From: Octopus sinensis
Taxonomy: Eukaryota
DNA length: 50,913 bases
Assembly: GCF_006345805.1 (NCBI RefSeq)
Contig: NW_021834210.1
Coordinates: 1 to 50,913 of the forward strand
Direction of reading: 5' to 3'
Shown here: piece by piece, positions 12,556 to 25,255 of the stretch
Position numbering within the stretch: position 1 is the first letter of the stretch
How the letters are laid out: every line of letters begins with the position of its first letter
Made by a program: the position numbers and the translations under genes
The notes under the pieces: model-generated
Told to the model about the DNA's origin: nothing
Database searches by the model: none
The model's input: only the letters and a program-made list of their open reading frames with translations

Positions 12556-13000
12556 TCTTTCTTTATTAGCCAAACAGAGCTGCACACAGACGGGACAGAT
12601 TACAAAGTAGAGCTTTTCTTTTTGGGGGAGAGGAGAAAAAAAAAGAGGTGGGTTCGGTTTTCGATCAAAAGGGATCGTAAAAGGGAAAGAAGAAAATTTA
12701 GAGGGAGAAAAGGGAGAAAAAAACGAATAGGGATCATGTATCACAGTGTCATGGTGTAAAGTGTAAAGGGGGAAGCAGATAAGGTTTATCCGTGGGAAGA
12801 AAAGCTTACAGAAAAGACTACGGTAAACTCGGTCAATGATGTTACATGTTACCACATTTGTTTTCAAGTAGGTAACCCTCTGTTTTAAATTTTCCGGGTT
12901 CATAGGATTATGCTCAAGGTGGCTTCATCATTCATACGTGCCATCCTTGCTACATTCACCCATCTTTCTTTGAAACATTCGCTAGACAAAACTTGCCTCT
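12556..13000 (-). mobile_element. Tx1-like LINE, 5'-truncated copy 1 (3' UTR + end of ORF2)
   Basis: Colinear with 13112-13668. Truncated at ACTTGCCTCT|ATAGATAG (13000/13001). The sense 3' end reads GGCTAATAAAGAAAGA-TATCTATC. Confidence 0.9.
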
Positions 13001-13097
<97 letters not shown>

Positions 13098-13111
13098 CAG
13101 GTAGATAGATA

Positions 13112-14215
13112 AGTTTCTTTATTGGCCACACAGGGCTGCACACAGATGGGACAAGTTACAAGGTAGAGCTTTTCTTTTGGGGGATGAAGAGAACAAAAAA
13201 CAAAAGAAAAAAAAAAAGGCATGGTGTAGGTTTTCGATCAAGAGGGATCGTAAAAGGGAAGAAAAGAACAAAAAAAAAATTTGAATAAAATAAAAGGAAT
13301 AAAAAGAAAAAAAAAGGAAAAGGAACAAAAGGAAAGAGAAATGAAAAAAGAAGAAAAAAGGGGAAAAAAGGGGGAAGAGGAAAAAAAAAACGATCAATAG
13401 GGATCGTGTATCACAGTGTTATGATATATGATGTAAAGGGGAAAGCAAGTAAGGTTTATCCGTGGGAGGAAAAGCCTATGAAAAAGACCACGGTAACCTT
13501 GGTCAATATTGTTATATGTTACCACATTTGTTTGCAAGTGGGTAACCCTCTGTTTTCAATTTCTGGGTTCATAGGATTATGCTCAAGGTGGCTTCGTCAT
13601 TCATACGTGCCATCCTTGCTACATTCACCCATCTTTTTTTAAAACATTCGCTAGACAAAACTTGCCTCTCTACTCTCACTTTCCTTTTCAAGTGGTACTT
13701 GAAGAAGTTGATGAGAGATTGACCAGAGAGGAAAGTGTTTGTCTCCAATCCTTTCAGACGCGTCCACCAGATACATTCTTTCGCCATAGCCACAAGGATG
13801 ATGAAAATAGCTCTACCTTCCCGTTTGAAGGAAGGAGGCGTGACAATATTGACGATAGACTCAGCTGATAAACCGACTCGTCCCACACGTAACAGCAGTT
13901 GTTCGACATAAGCCCACAGGTCGGAAATTGTTGGACACTGCACGAGTGCGTGCAGAGCGGTTTCGTCGCTCTGACCGCATCTCGGGCAGGTCGGCCCCGT
14001 GTTTCTCGAGCCGTGTCTGTAGAGCTTATCCCGAACGGGTAGCGCTTCTCGGTAGCACTGCCAGGCCAGGGATCTCTGGAAGTTGTCCATGGGCCCTGGC
14101 CCGAAAGTCGTCCTGAACAGGCGGGTCAGGTACTCCTCGTCGACGTCCAGGTTCGCCCCGAGCTCGTCGTCGTACCTCCCCTCCACTAATCCCCTATAGA
14201 ATGCTTTGGTTGTGC
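13112..14215 (-). mobile_element. Tx1-like LINE, 5'-truncated copy 2
   Basis: Encodes the ORF2 C-terminus (13569-14215) including CPRCGQSDETALHALVQC, highly similar to copy 3. Flanked by (GATA)n at 13001-13111 and 14216-14517. Confidence 0.92.
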
Positions 14216-14257
14216 GATAGATAGATAGATAGATAGACACGTAGGTAGGTAGCTAGA

Positions 14258-14293
<36 letters not shown>

Positions 14294-14378
14294 TGTATGT
14301 ATGTATGTATGTAGGTAGGTAGGTAGGTAGGTAGACGGGCAGACAGACATACAGACAGACAAACAGATATATATATAT

Positions 14379-14518
<140 letters not shown>

Positions 14519-14841
14519 CTTTTTATTGTAGCCACACAGGGCTAAACACAGAATAAAAATGGACGAAATACAATGTAGAATTTTTTCTTTTCGAGGTGGG
14601 ATGGGTGGGGCATAAAAAAAATACGTTTGATCATTAGGAATCTGTGGGTTGTGTGGTGTATAAAAAAGCAATATATATATATATATATAAATTTCACAGT
14701 TTAGGAGTAGCCTTGGAAAGAAAAACCTACAAAAAAGACCAAGGTCACCTCAGACAGTTCGTAAAAGAACACATGAGTAAGTCGCCTTACTTCTCGTTGT
14801 CTCTTTTGGTTACAGATTTATGCTTAAAATAGTGTCGTCTT

Positions 14842-17800
14842 TCATACTGACCATTTTGCCACTTTTACCCACTTTTTATTAAAACATTCGTTCGACAAAG
14901 TCTTCCTCTCTATTCTCATCCTCCTTTTCAAGTGGTACTTGGAAAAGTTGACGAGAGACTGACCAGAGAGGAAGGTGTTTGTTTGCAGTCCTTTCAAACG
15001 CGTCCACCACACACATTCTTTCGCCATAGCCATCAGCGTAACGAAAACCGTTTTCCCTTCCCGTTTAAAGGAAGGTGGTGGAACAATATACACGATAGAC
15101 TCGGCCGATAGGCGAGCCCGGCCTACACGTGACAACAGCTGTTCGACGAAGGTCCACAGCTCTGAAATATCTGGACACTGCACGAGTGCGTGCAGAACGG
15201 TTTCATCGCTCTGACCGCATCTCGGGCAGGTCGGTCCGGTGATGATTTTCGAACCGTGTCTGTAGCTCTTCTCTCGAACAGGTAGTGCGTCTCGATAGCA
15301 CTGCCAAGCCAGGGATTTCTGGAAGTTATCCGTAGGCCCCGGCCCGAACGTCGTCCTGAACAGGCGGGTTAGGAATTTCTCGTCGACGCTCAGATTTGCC
15401 CCGAGTGTGTCGTCGGACCTCCCCTCCACTAGTCCTCTATAGAACGCTTTAGTCGTTTGTAAGTTGCACAAGTTTGACCCCGGTCGGCAGAGCTGCTGTA
15501 GAGCTTGGCGACACTCTCGGTGCCAATCGCCCAGTTTCTGTCTCTTCTTGATCCACGTTTGCAGTTCGGTCAGTGAGACGAGCTGCGGGAAGGCGCACCT
15601 CACAAACGGCGCCCACACCTGTTCATCGTCGTCGATGAAGTTCCAGAGATGTCGCAGTCTCAGCGCATGCCTGCGCATCATCACCCACGGTATGCCCAGT
15701 CCTCCATTCAACGGATGTTGACAGCAAATTGACTTCCTCACCATCGGAACGCCACCCTTCCACAGGAAGCGGAAGAGTATGCGTTCCAGTTTGGTGATGG
15801 TGGCGTCGGGACAAGGTACGACGCTCAGGCGGTAATCGATGACGGATGCGATGTACGCGTTCGCCACCTCCGCCCGGCCTTTTAGAGACAGCTTTCTTTC
15901 GACCCATGTTTGGCTGAGAGCGACCACTCTACTCGCGATCTCGTCCCAGTTCTTATCCATTTGGAGGTCCGGACTGAACCAGACCCCGAGCAATTTAACC
16001 GGTCCGTCCGTCCAGCGTCCCACTACTGAGCCGCAGTCGGACGGCATGGGCTTGCTTTTCCAGGTGCCGAGTAGCAAACCCACTGACTTTTCCGGGTTAA
16101 TCTTCGCTCCCGTCACCGTTTCGTATTTTCTTAGTGTCTCGCCTATCATCTGGATGTTTTTGTCGCTCGACACTATGACGGTGACATCATCCGCGTATGC
16201 CGACACGCTCGTCCCGCAACCCAGTTCCCGTGGGATGCCCCTCAGTGTCGCCAGCTTCCGTAGTAGCGGCTCGAGAGTCAATTCATACAGAAGCGCCGAC
16301 AGGGGACACCCCTGACAGACCGAACGCGTGATGTCAAACGGTTTCGACAGGTGACCGTTCACCCGAATCACCGATCGGATGCCGCTATACAAGGCAGCGA
16401 TCCAACCGCGGAAGACGGGACCGAAGCCAGCCGCCCTGAGGACGGCCGCCAAGTACCGATGGTCGACCCTATCGAAGGCTTTAAACTGATCCAAATTGAT
16501 CAGCGCCCCACCCGTGCCTGGATCCTTAACTACCCTGTCCACAATGTAGCGCATCAGATGGAGGTTGTCATGTATGGTTCTGCCCAGCACGGCGCATGTT
16601 TGCGCCCTGTCGACCAGTTTACCAATGACAAGCGCCAACCTCTCGGCTATTACTTTGGCCAAAATTTTCAAATCTGCGTTGAGCAGAGTGATGGGCCTGA
16701 AATTATCTATAAAATTCCCCTTGTTTGGGTTTTCTTCAACAACGTCACTGCACCTTGGCTCACAAAACCGGGGATTCTCCCGTTTTGTTGCCAGTTGCAG
16801 TAGACTGATGCCAAGAGGTCGCCAAACAAGTCTGGCATTTGACAGTACATCTCGTAGGGTAAACCATCCAATCCAGGCGACTTATCCCTCGCGCAGCCCG
16901 CCATCGCATCCCGCACGTCAGCGGCTGTGATGGAACTTTTACAACACTCCGCTTCTCTTGCCGAGAGCCGCGGTAGGTCGGTCAGGCAGGCACTGAAATC
17001 CCTCCCGCGTTCCGACCCACCACTTGCACCAAACAGTCGAGCAAAGTGCTGTTGAAAGGCCTCACACATCCTTTCGGGTTCAAGTAAACTGCATCCCTGT
17101 TGATCTATTAGAGACCGAATGGTGGCTCTGTTGCCACGCTGCGCCTCCGCTACCTGGGCCTCTCGCGCAGCTTCGATCCCTTCGTTACTTAAGGCACGCA
17201 TTTTAGCTCTGACGACGCAACCTTCGTGCTTGGTGTTGAGGGGTTGGTCGAGGGCCATCCTCGCAGCCAGCACGTTGGTTGCGCTGCCAGTGGTAAGTGC
17301 CTCTTCTAGTTTCTTAACCAGGTCTCTCTCTACTCTATTTCGATCTATCGCTAATTCCTTGCTAAACCTAATTGATTCTGATTTTATTGCCATTTTCAGG
17401 GCGAACCACCAGCGGTTGTTAACGACGGCTCCCGTCAGCGCCCTCTTAATTAACTCGCTAATCCGGTTCCTGTAAACCTGTCGCGCTAAGAGCGACGTGT
17501 TCAGTTTCCATTAACCGGGACCCTGTCTATGTGTCTTATCTAAGTCGAGCGTACACGTCACAAATTTGTGATCTGTGTAGCTGACTATTTTAAATTGTGG
17601 ACATCCTACACTATCCCTATCCGCTGTCCTGCATAGAATTCTATCTAGATAAGATCTCGACGATCCGACGCGGTTGTCCAAGTCCACGTTGGCACGTTCG
17701 GATGGTCGAGTCGGAACCTGTCAGACAAATGGAAACGTCTGAGTAGGTCTTTGAGGCACTTACACCCCCTTCTATTCCTATCCATTCCCACATAATCTAG

Positions 17801-18247
17801 ATGCGTGTCCAAGGTAGCGTTCCAATCCCCTACTAACAGTAAAGGTCTAGACGTACCCAGGAAAACCTCTAGACGTCTGAAGAAATCCGCCCGACCCGTT
17901 AAGGACGGTGCATAAACTGCCATCAGACGGAATGCACACCCATTTCTGCCATCCACATCCAAGACAACCAGCCTACCCTCCGGGTCTAGGAATATTGTTC
18001 TTACTTTTACATTTAGACTCTTTCGAAAAAGCACCGCGGTACCTCCACCACCCATGTTCGGCAGACAGGGAGAAAAATAAATGTCGAATTGATCGCCAAA
18101 CATGGACGCGAGGGCCCGCGGCTTGCTGAGTCTGGTTTCACTGATAGCTACTATATCCACGTTCAGTGACTTGATGTCGTTTAGAAGGTAACCTTGCTTC
18201 CAAGCCGACGCCAAGCCACGCGCATTCACACAACCTAATTTAAGCAT
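14842..18247 (-). pseudogene. LINE ORF2: APE endonuclease + reverse transcriptase + CCHC zinc finger (2 frameshifts, 1 stop)
   Basis: APE motifs: NARGL, ISETRL, VYAP, GDWNATLD, SYLDRI, YTDHK. Linker PG*WKLNTSLL (TAA at ~17511-17513). RT motifs: KSPGLDGLP, FRPITLLNADLKILAK, DQFKAFDRVDH, QGCPLS, AYADD. Zn finger CPRCGQSDETVLHALVQC. Frameshifts near 17675 and 16730. Confidence 0.93.
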
Positions 18248-18313
18248 AATTGACGTTTACGAAAATTGTGTTTCACACACTACATTGGAAGAGACAAGAG
18301 GCAAGAGGGAAGG

Positions 18314-20094
18314 TCACTTACTCATTTTGAAAGTTTCATTTTTTTCTTCTTCTTTTGTAGTGTCTTTGAGGGGGTGTTTGTATAGTTTTTTGGAGAGGTA
18401 TCGTTGAAACCCGCCTACCGCATTTGGAAATATTGTTTTCAGTGTATGGTGTTGTGTTTGTGTTATGTGTACAATTCTTATGTGTTTCGGTGGTGTGGTG
18501 CGCGGATGATTGTTTGTCTTAAAGTCATCTTCACAGATGTCCGTGTTGGATGCAATGTAATCCATTAATTTTTTATTGTCTGTGTCTATTGCAGTTAGTT
18601 GTGTGTGTGGTTTTGCGGGTTCATTGATTTTTTGATTGTCTAGGGGGATGCTGTCCGGAGTTAAATATCTCCCTGCTTTACTTCCTTTTTTGGTGGGCTT
18701 TTTTGATATTTTCCTTTTACCCCCTGTGGCTATTTGCCATTCCGTCGAACTTTCGTCGTCCGACGAATCAGAAGGGGGTAAAGGCAAAGCATTTGCGTTA
18801 ATATGTATGCTTGTAGACATTGTTGATGTTTTGTGCGGTGTTTGTGTTGTTGTGGTGTTAGGGGTAGAATTTGTCTTCTCGTCACTGTTTTCTGTCTTTT
18901 TAATTGTCGTCCTCGGTGTTGGTGTTGGTCTATCTTTTGTTGGTTCATATGTTGAATTGGTTGCGACGTTAACGGTGATTGTGTTGGTACTGTTTCTTTT
19001 CTTGGTGATGTTGTTGAGGTTTGTTTGCTGGTTTGTTGTTTTTCTTGGCATTGTTCCATAATTGAGTGTGTTGGTGTTGGTGTTGGTGTTGGAAACAAGG
19101 GTTTTTTATTTGTTTTCTGATTTGTTCTTTCTTGTTTTTTCTGTGCCAGAGCGCACTTGGCAATTAAATGTTCTGGGCTGCCACGGTTGTAGCATCTAGG
19201 CTTTTTGCCTTCTGCTACAATATATAGGCTTTGCCCATTTTCTAAATGGATCCTATCAGGTAGGTTCTCGATAGAGGAGCCCTCAATCTGGATGGTCACT
19301 ACAATTGTTTTACCACCCCAATTGTCGTTTTTGTACACAACGGTTTCTAATATGTTTATCGTTTTCAAATGGTAACAGATTGCCCCTGTTATCCATTTGT
19401 TAGGTATCTCGGGGGGTACATTTTTAATGCTAATTCTACTCACTCTCTGGCCTATGGTACCATGATGATTTCATCATTTTGCAAAGACTGCGTAGAGTGA
19501 GCTTTTGCCACTTCCTGGTTAGGGAAGCGGACCACCACTGTATTAAACTGGGGACCCCAGTTTATATATTCTTTTTTTTTCATTATGTTTTTTTAAACAC
19601 TTTTCTATGTCCGTTTTTGTAATCTGTTCATTTTGTTTTTTGTTTTTTTTTATAATTTTATATATAATTGTCTTATTTTCTATTTGTTCCTTTATGTGTT
19701 GAGGTGTATGCAGCACTAAATCCTGCCCTTGGGTTGTAAATAGTGCTCTCGTTTCTATTAACTCTTCATTCGTAAATGTTATTATTTCTTTTTTCTGACG
19801 CAGAGTGTCAGCGAAATTTACTGGTGTTGTTGATTCTTTTATATTAATATCTTCACTATTAGATGGTAAGATATTTATTTCATTTTTATTGTTGTTCTTC
19901 TTGTTGTTGTTGTTTTTGTTAATAGTATTCGCGTGAGTTTCATTTTTATCATTTATGTTGGTCGTGGTGGTGGTGGTGGTGGTGGTGGTGGAGGTGGTGG
20001 TGGTGGTAGCAGTAGTAGTCTCGTTGTTGTTGTTGTTAGTGGTGGTGGTGGTGACAGGGCTGTTACCGCAAGTGGTTGCAGCGTTCACCACCAC
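18314..20094 (-). pseudogene. LINE ORF1 (RRM-like region + degenerate single zinc knuckle + T/N/K-rich tail), frameshifted
   Basis: The track pieces 19543-20094, 18730-19443 and 18314-19051 join into one ORF1. RISIKNVPPEIP...LPDRIHLE...YIVAEGKKPRCYNRGSPEHLIAKC is the Tx1/L1-type ORF1 pattern, with CX2CX4HX4C carrying one C>R change. True start uncertain. Confidence 0.8.
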
Positions 20095-20427
20095 GTCACT
20101 CAGGTTTGTCTTTGTCGAATGTGTGTGCGTGCATAAGTTCTTTTTTTTTCTCCTAGTGTTTCAATTCTAGGAAAATACTGGTCCATAAAGGAACGCGACC
20201 AGCGTTCTACAATAAAATTTCTCGACATTTTTTAATGTCGAGAAGAAAAATATACAATATAATTAGAGGTGAAACTGCCCCTAGGGGCGAATTCCTCCTT
20301 TGGAAAAGCACTCAAACGAAAGTTGGGTGCCTTACACACCTTATTTACAAAAATGTACACAAAATATGGGCTATAAATAGTCAAAATAAACGATTACCTT
20401 CGGAGCCGAAGTGACAACACGTCCGTC

Positions 20428-20590
<163 letters not shown>

Positions 20591-20842
20591 CTGTATATGC
20601 ACTGTTCCTATATAAGTACAATAGACTGTGGCAATTGTTCTCCTAACGACCTTCTTTATTCTCTTCAACTCATGGTTTTTCTATTCCATAATATCAATAA
20701 CGACATGCAACAACGACTCGGCCAACCTCGACATCTGAGCAACGTTTTAAGTCTGGACCTCTTTTGTACAGAACGATGTATGTGTACGAACTTGTTCGAT
20801 TCTTTTTATGTGCATATAAGAATATGCACTTGAAAGCCAATT

Positions 20843-20878
<36 letters not shown>

Positions 20879-20882
20879 TCCT

Positions 20883-20941
<59 letters not shown>

Positions 20942-21138
20942 ACTCTTTCTACTTCTGTTTGATTCTCTCTCTCATATCTTTGATATATATATATATATAT
21001 CAACGACTTCGAACACACAAGTGCAAACAAGGGAGTCAGAGAAAGGCAGAATGCCACTTATATCTGAACACTACTATAGAAATATTCCTTTAAAAAACTT
21101 TTCTTCTAATTTTTCTAAATTTAATTATTTAATCGTTA

Positions 21139-21176
21139 CAGTTGAAAAGGTCTCAAAATGACCGAAACCGGTACTG
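21139..21176 (+). ncRNA. Degenerate minimal type I hammerhead motif
   Basis: CAG-TTGAAAA-GGTC tcaaaat GACC-GAAA-CCGG-T-A-CTG. The CUGANGA core carries 2 substitutions; helix III ACCGGT is palindromic. Confidence 0.55.
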
Positions 21177-21225
21177 AAATGTTCACTATAAAATTATTTT
21201 AGCATTTTCTATTTTTGACTTGTTT

Positions 21226-21287
<62 letters not shown>

Positions 21288-21481
21288 ATATATACATATG
21301 TATCTATTTATATATATATATGTATATACACATATATATTTACATATATGTCTATGTGTATATATATACACGCACACACGCATATATATATATATGTACG
21401 TATATATACATATCTATATATATATATATATATATATATAAATTGATCAAAATAAAATAAAAACATGATGCGAAGGATTCA

Positions 21482-21559
21482 GCGGTACATATGTTTCGGG
21501 CCTTTATTAGACAGATTTATAACAATGCATAATGTATGTCTGTGGCCTTCTTCAGCCGC
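21482..21559 (-). ncRNA. Type I hammerhead ribozyme motif with intact core
   Basis: Minus strand reads GCGG-CTGAAGA-A-GGCC..GGCC-C-GAAA-CATATG-T-A-CCGC. Helix III ACATATGT is palindromic; GUA triplet. Confidence 0.78.
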
Positions 21560-22315
21560 GCACAACAGCTTCCACAAGGACATGTGTTACATCAAAAATT
21601 CTTGGTTGGGGATGCAAATCCTCTCATTCACGTACGACATAATGCGGCAGCAGCATAGAGTTGAAGCGTCCATCTCTTTCTTCTCTCAATGTAGAATGAG
21701 GAAAATTGGATGTTGAGGTAATGTAAATAAATAAATACATATATAGAGGTGAGGATGGAGGGGCGAGAGTTCGGGACGAGGGATAAAAAATGTATAAAAA
21801 GTGTAAGTATAGAATAATATAAAAATGTAGAGGATAAAGGGTTGTAAGTAGATGTAAAGGGGGTATAAAGAAATATAAAGTAAAAATAGAAATAGAAATA
21901 AAAGTAAAAAAGCCTGATAAAAACATGATAAAAGTGTAAAAGAATGTAAAGATAAGGGATGTATAGAGGTTATGGACCAAGCATGGTGGTCAGGAGATTG
22001 ATAAAATTTAGTTGTAGAATTGTCAGTACATCATCAGTTTCGTCTGGGGACTTAATGCGTTGTAAATCAGAGCTGATGAGCATTTAATCTGGTTCCTTGA
22101 ATTAAATGGACTTCTAGTACATACATATCATCATGGATATATACACCCACATACACGCGTACATATACGCCTCCAAGCCTATAAGCATACACACGCACTC
22201 GCGTGTAAACACGTACATAAACACACACGCACCCACACGCACGCGCGTACACACACATACATACAACAGAATATCCGCATATATACACGGACATTACGCG
22301 CGTACACGCTCACAT

Positions 22316-23052
22316 GTATATACGCGCGCCCATCACTACATACACACACGTATATGCCCACGCCTCTAGGTCCAGGTATAAGATATTAAAGGATGTGTAT
22401 AAGAACGTATGTAAAGAATCCCGTACTCATGTCAATACGCGCACGCACACACGGCTGTGTGTCCGTATGTGCGTGCACATATACCCTCATATACACACAC
22501 ATTTTTATTTTTATTTTTAATTTTATTTTTACTTTTATTCTACTTCCATTTATTCTCATTTTCATTTTCATCCCTTACCTTAACTCTTATAATTTTTATA
22601 ATTCTTATACTTCATTTCTAACTATTACATTGTATTTCTTATTTTATACTGTATTTTTTATTTCTAATCTTTACCCTTACCCTCATTCTTACCCCTAACT
22701 TATCGCTTTATACCTCTATATATGTTTATTTACTTACCTATGGATCCACCTTTTGAATATACGAGCGTCCGCGTACGTGTGTATACGCATACATACATAT
22801 GCACGCGCATATATGTACATGCATACTTCGATATCTTATAGCTATACCCATGTGCGCGTGTGTCTCTGTGTGTGTATATGAGGGTATATGTGCACGCACA
22901 TACGGACACACAGCCGTGTGTGCGTGCGCGTATTGACATGAGTACGGGATTCTTTACATACGTTCTTATACACATCCTTTAATATCTTATACCTGGACCT
23001 AGAGGCGTGGGCATATACGTGTGTGTATGTAGTGATGGGCGCGCGTATATAC
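22316..23052. repeat. 186-bp apparently perfect inverted repeat (22316-22501 / 22867-23052)
   Basis: The arms are reverse complements by eye. The ORF track gives the same peptide (MCIRTYVKNPVLMSIRARTHG...) on both strands. Confidence 0.9.
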
Positions 23053-23339
23053 TTGTATGTATGTATGTATGTATGAATGTATGTATGTATGTATGTATGT
23101 ATGTATGTATGTATGTATGTATGTATGTATGTATGTATGTATGTATGTATGCTTGATCTTATTAGTAAATAGTTTGATATGTAATTCATATCTGAAGCAA
23201 TCTATCAACAGCTAAAATGCTATTAATCTGTTACTGTGATTGTTTGGTCCCGAGATTAGCTCAAAATGAGATAACCAATAATTTTAAGCCACACGTTTTT
23301 CGGGGCTTTTGTTGTTTTTCTTTCACAAACCTAGTAAGG

Positions 23340-23710
23340 GCAGGCGTGGCTATGTGGGGGAAAAGTTCGCTTTACAGCTACGTCGTTTCGGATTCTCTCT
23401 CACTACGCAACATCCCGCACTGGTGTCTGCTACTATAGCCCCATGCCGACTAATGACTAATTCTTTGTGAGTGAATATGATAGACGGAAACTGTGTAGAA
23501 GCCCGTCATGTATATATGTGTGTGCGTGTGTCTGTGTCTATGCTTGTCCATTATACTCATCACTTGACAACTTGTGTTAGCTTCTGTACGCGCCAATGAA
23601 TTAGAGGTTCGGCGATAGAAAACGATAAACGATGAAATTGATTCATTCGTTAAAACCCTTTAAAACAGTGCCCCAGCATGTCCATAGTTCAACGGTTGAA
23701 ACAATAAAAA
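23340..23710 (+). mobile_element. SINE-A, old diverged copy
   Basis: GGCAGGCGTGGCTATGTGG...GACGGAAACTGTGTAGAAGCCCGTC...GTGCCCCAGCATG. Confidence 0.75.
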
Positions 23711-23797
23711 AAAAGATTAAAATAATGAAATAGTTCATTAAGGCTATTCTGTGCAAAGGCTATTCATTCATTTCTAAAGACGGTGGAGCGCAATGTA

Positions 23798-24685
23798 CGA
23801 GGAGGTACCCAAAAGTAACCGAGAACGTTCTCTGAGAGACAAACCCGCTGTAGTTCAGGCTTCCGCTGCTAGAATCCACTTGATGCGGCGCTCAGGCATC
23901 AGTCTGCCGACCGGCGGCGTCGGGTGAGGTCGTACTGCAACGAGGTGTGTCTTTGTTTTGCAGTGCTTCTCCTCTGTTCGTCGATTTTTGCGATGGCTGA
24001 AACGATGGAACCGCGTGCTTCCGTTAAATTTTGTTTTCTGCTGGGGGAAAACGGCGGCCGAAATAGTTGTCATGCTTCAAACAGCTCACAAGGACGTTGC
24101 CACGAGCAAGATACAAGTTTACGAGTAGTTTTCGCACTTTAGGAATGGTCACTTGGAGCTTGAAAACCAACCTCGTTCAGGGGGAACGTCGACCTCCTGA
24201 ACGAATGAGAACATCAAGAAAATTCACGAACTGATCTTGGAGGACCGTCGCCGAACAATTGACAAACTTATGACTGGTGTGTCCTGGAGCTTCTGCCACC
24301 GAATTTCGAGCGAATGATTGCAAATGAAAAGTGTTGCGGTAAAATTTGTCTCGCTTGCTCATGGAAGATCAAAAGTAGTCACGACTGATTGCGTGTCGTG
24401 AACTGAAAGAATATCTAGAAGATGATCCGGACCTTTTTTTCGAAGATCCTTACTGGTGACGAAAGCTGGTGCTACGGAATTTGCAGATGTGCAAGAGGTG
24501 AACAAAAAATCGACGGAGGCGTTAAATGGCATCACTTCGCAAGAGTTCCAGCACTGCGTTGAACAGCGGAAAACGCGTATGAATCGATGCATTGCTTCAA
24601 ATGGAGAATACTTAGAAGGTAATAAAAGTGTAAACATATAAAACTAAGTGAATAAAATAATATTACAAAATTCCGGTTTCTTTTG
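23798..24685 (+). mobile_element. Mariner DNA transposon, internally deleted and decayed
   Basis: Left end TA|CGAGGAGGTACCCAAAAGTAACCG; partial right TIR TTCCGGTTTCTTTTG. Transposase pieces MEPRASVKFCFLLG..PRSG..EDRRRTI, KILTGDESWCYG, then directly RMNRCIASNGEYLEG, so most of the catalytic core is missing. Confidence 0.88.
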
Positions 24686-25217
24686 ACAACTATTTCTAGC
24701 AGACCGTCTCACTGCCTCCATAAAGGCTACTTCATTTCGTGGTTCTTAATAGAAACCGCTTAATAGGATAAACAAGAAGAAATGTTGAAGCATAACAGCG
24801 TTATGTTACTGAGTTATTCTCCGTATAACTTATTGGAAACATCTGTCTTTTAATGCATCGTTGTAATAATGAGTAACGCGATTAAAGAATTAATCGCTAT
24901 AGGATAAGCTTCATAAGTGCGTAATAATGCTCTTAACTAAGTTTTAAGAATTATTAAAGGTCGGTTGAACTTACTACAAAATTCGTACTACAATATTAAC
25001 GTACTACAAAATTCGATTCCTTTTTATATGTGTAGTAACGACAGTATCGAAAACTGAGTTATGTCTCAGAAATTAATTACGCCCAGATTCCTATCTACTT
25101 TAATCTTTAAATCTAACTCTTCGAATGAATTAATGAATTCGTTTCTGACAGCGTGCATTTAATGGCAATTCATGTTTCGAAAACTTTGTAGTCCAACATC
25201 ACGATAAAGACTGACAA

Positions 25218-25220
<3 letters not shown>

Positions 25221-25254
<34 letters not shown>

Positions 25255-25255
25255 C

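Noticed and set aside
12556-14215. Explaining LINE copies 1 and 2 as one local tandem duplication
   Set aside because: They have different 5' truncation points, many substitutions and indels in the 3' UTR, and different terminal bases, so independent insertions fit better.
14975-17475. Plus-strand ORFs of 60-158 aa overlapping LINE ORF2
   Set aside because: Antisense shadows of a GC-rich coding sequence.
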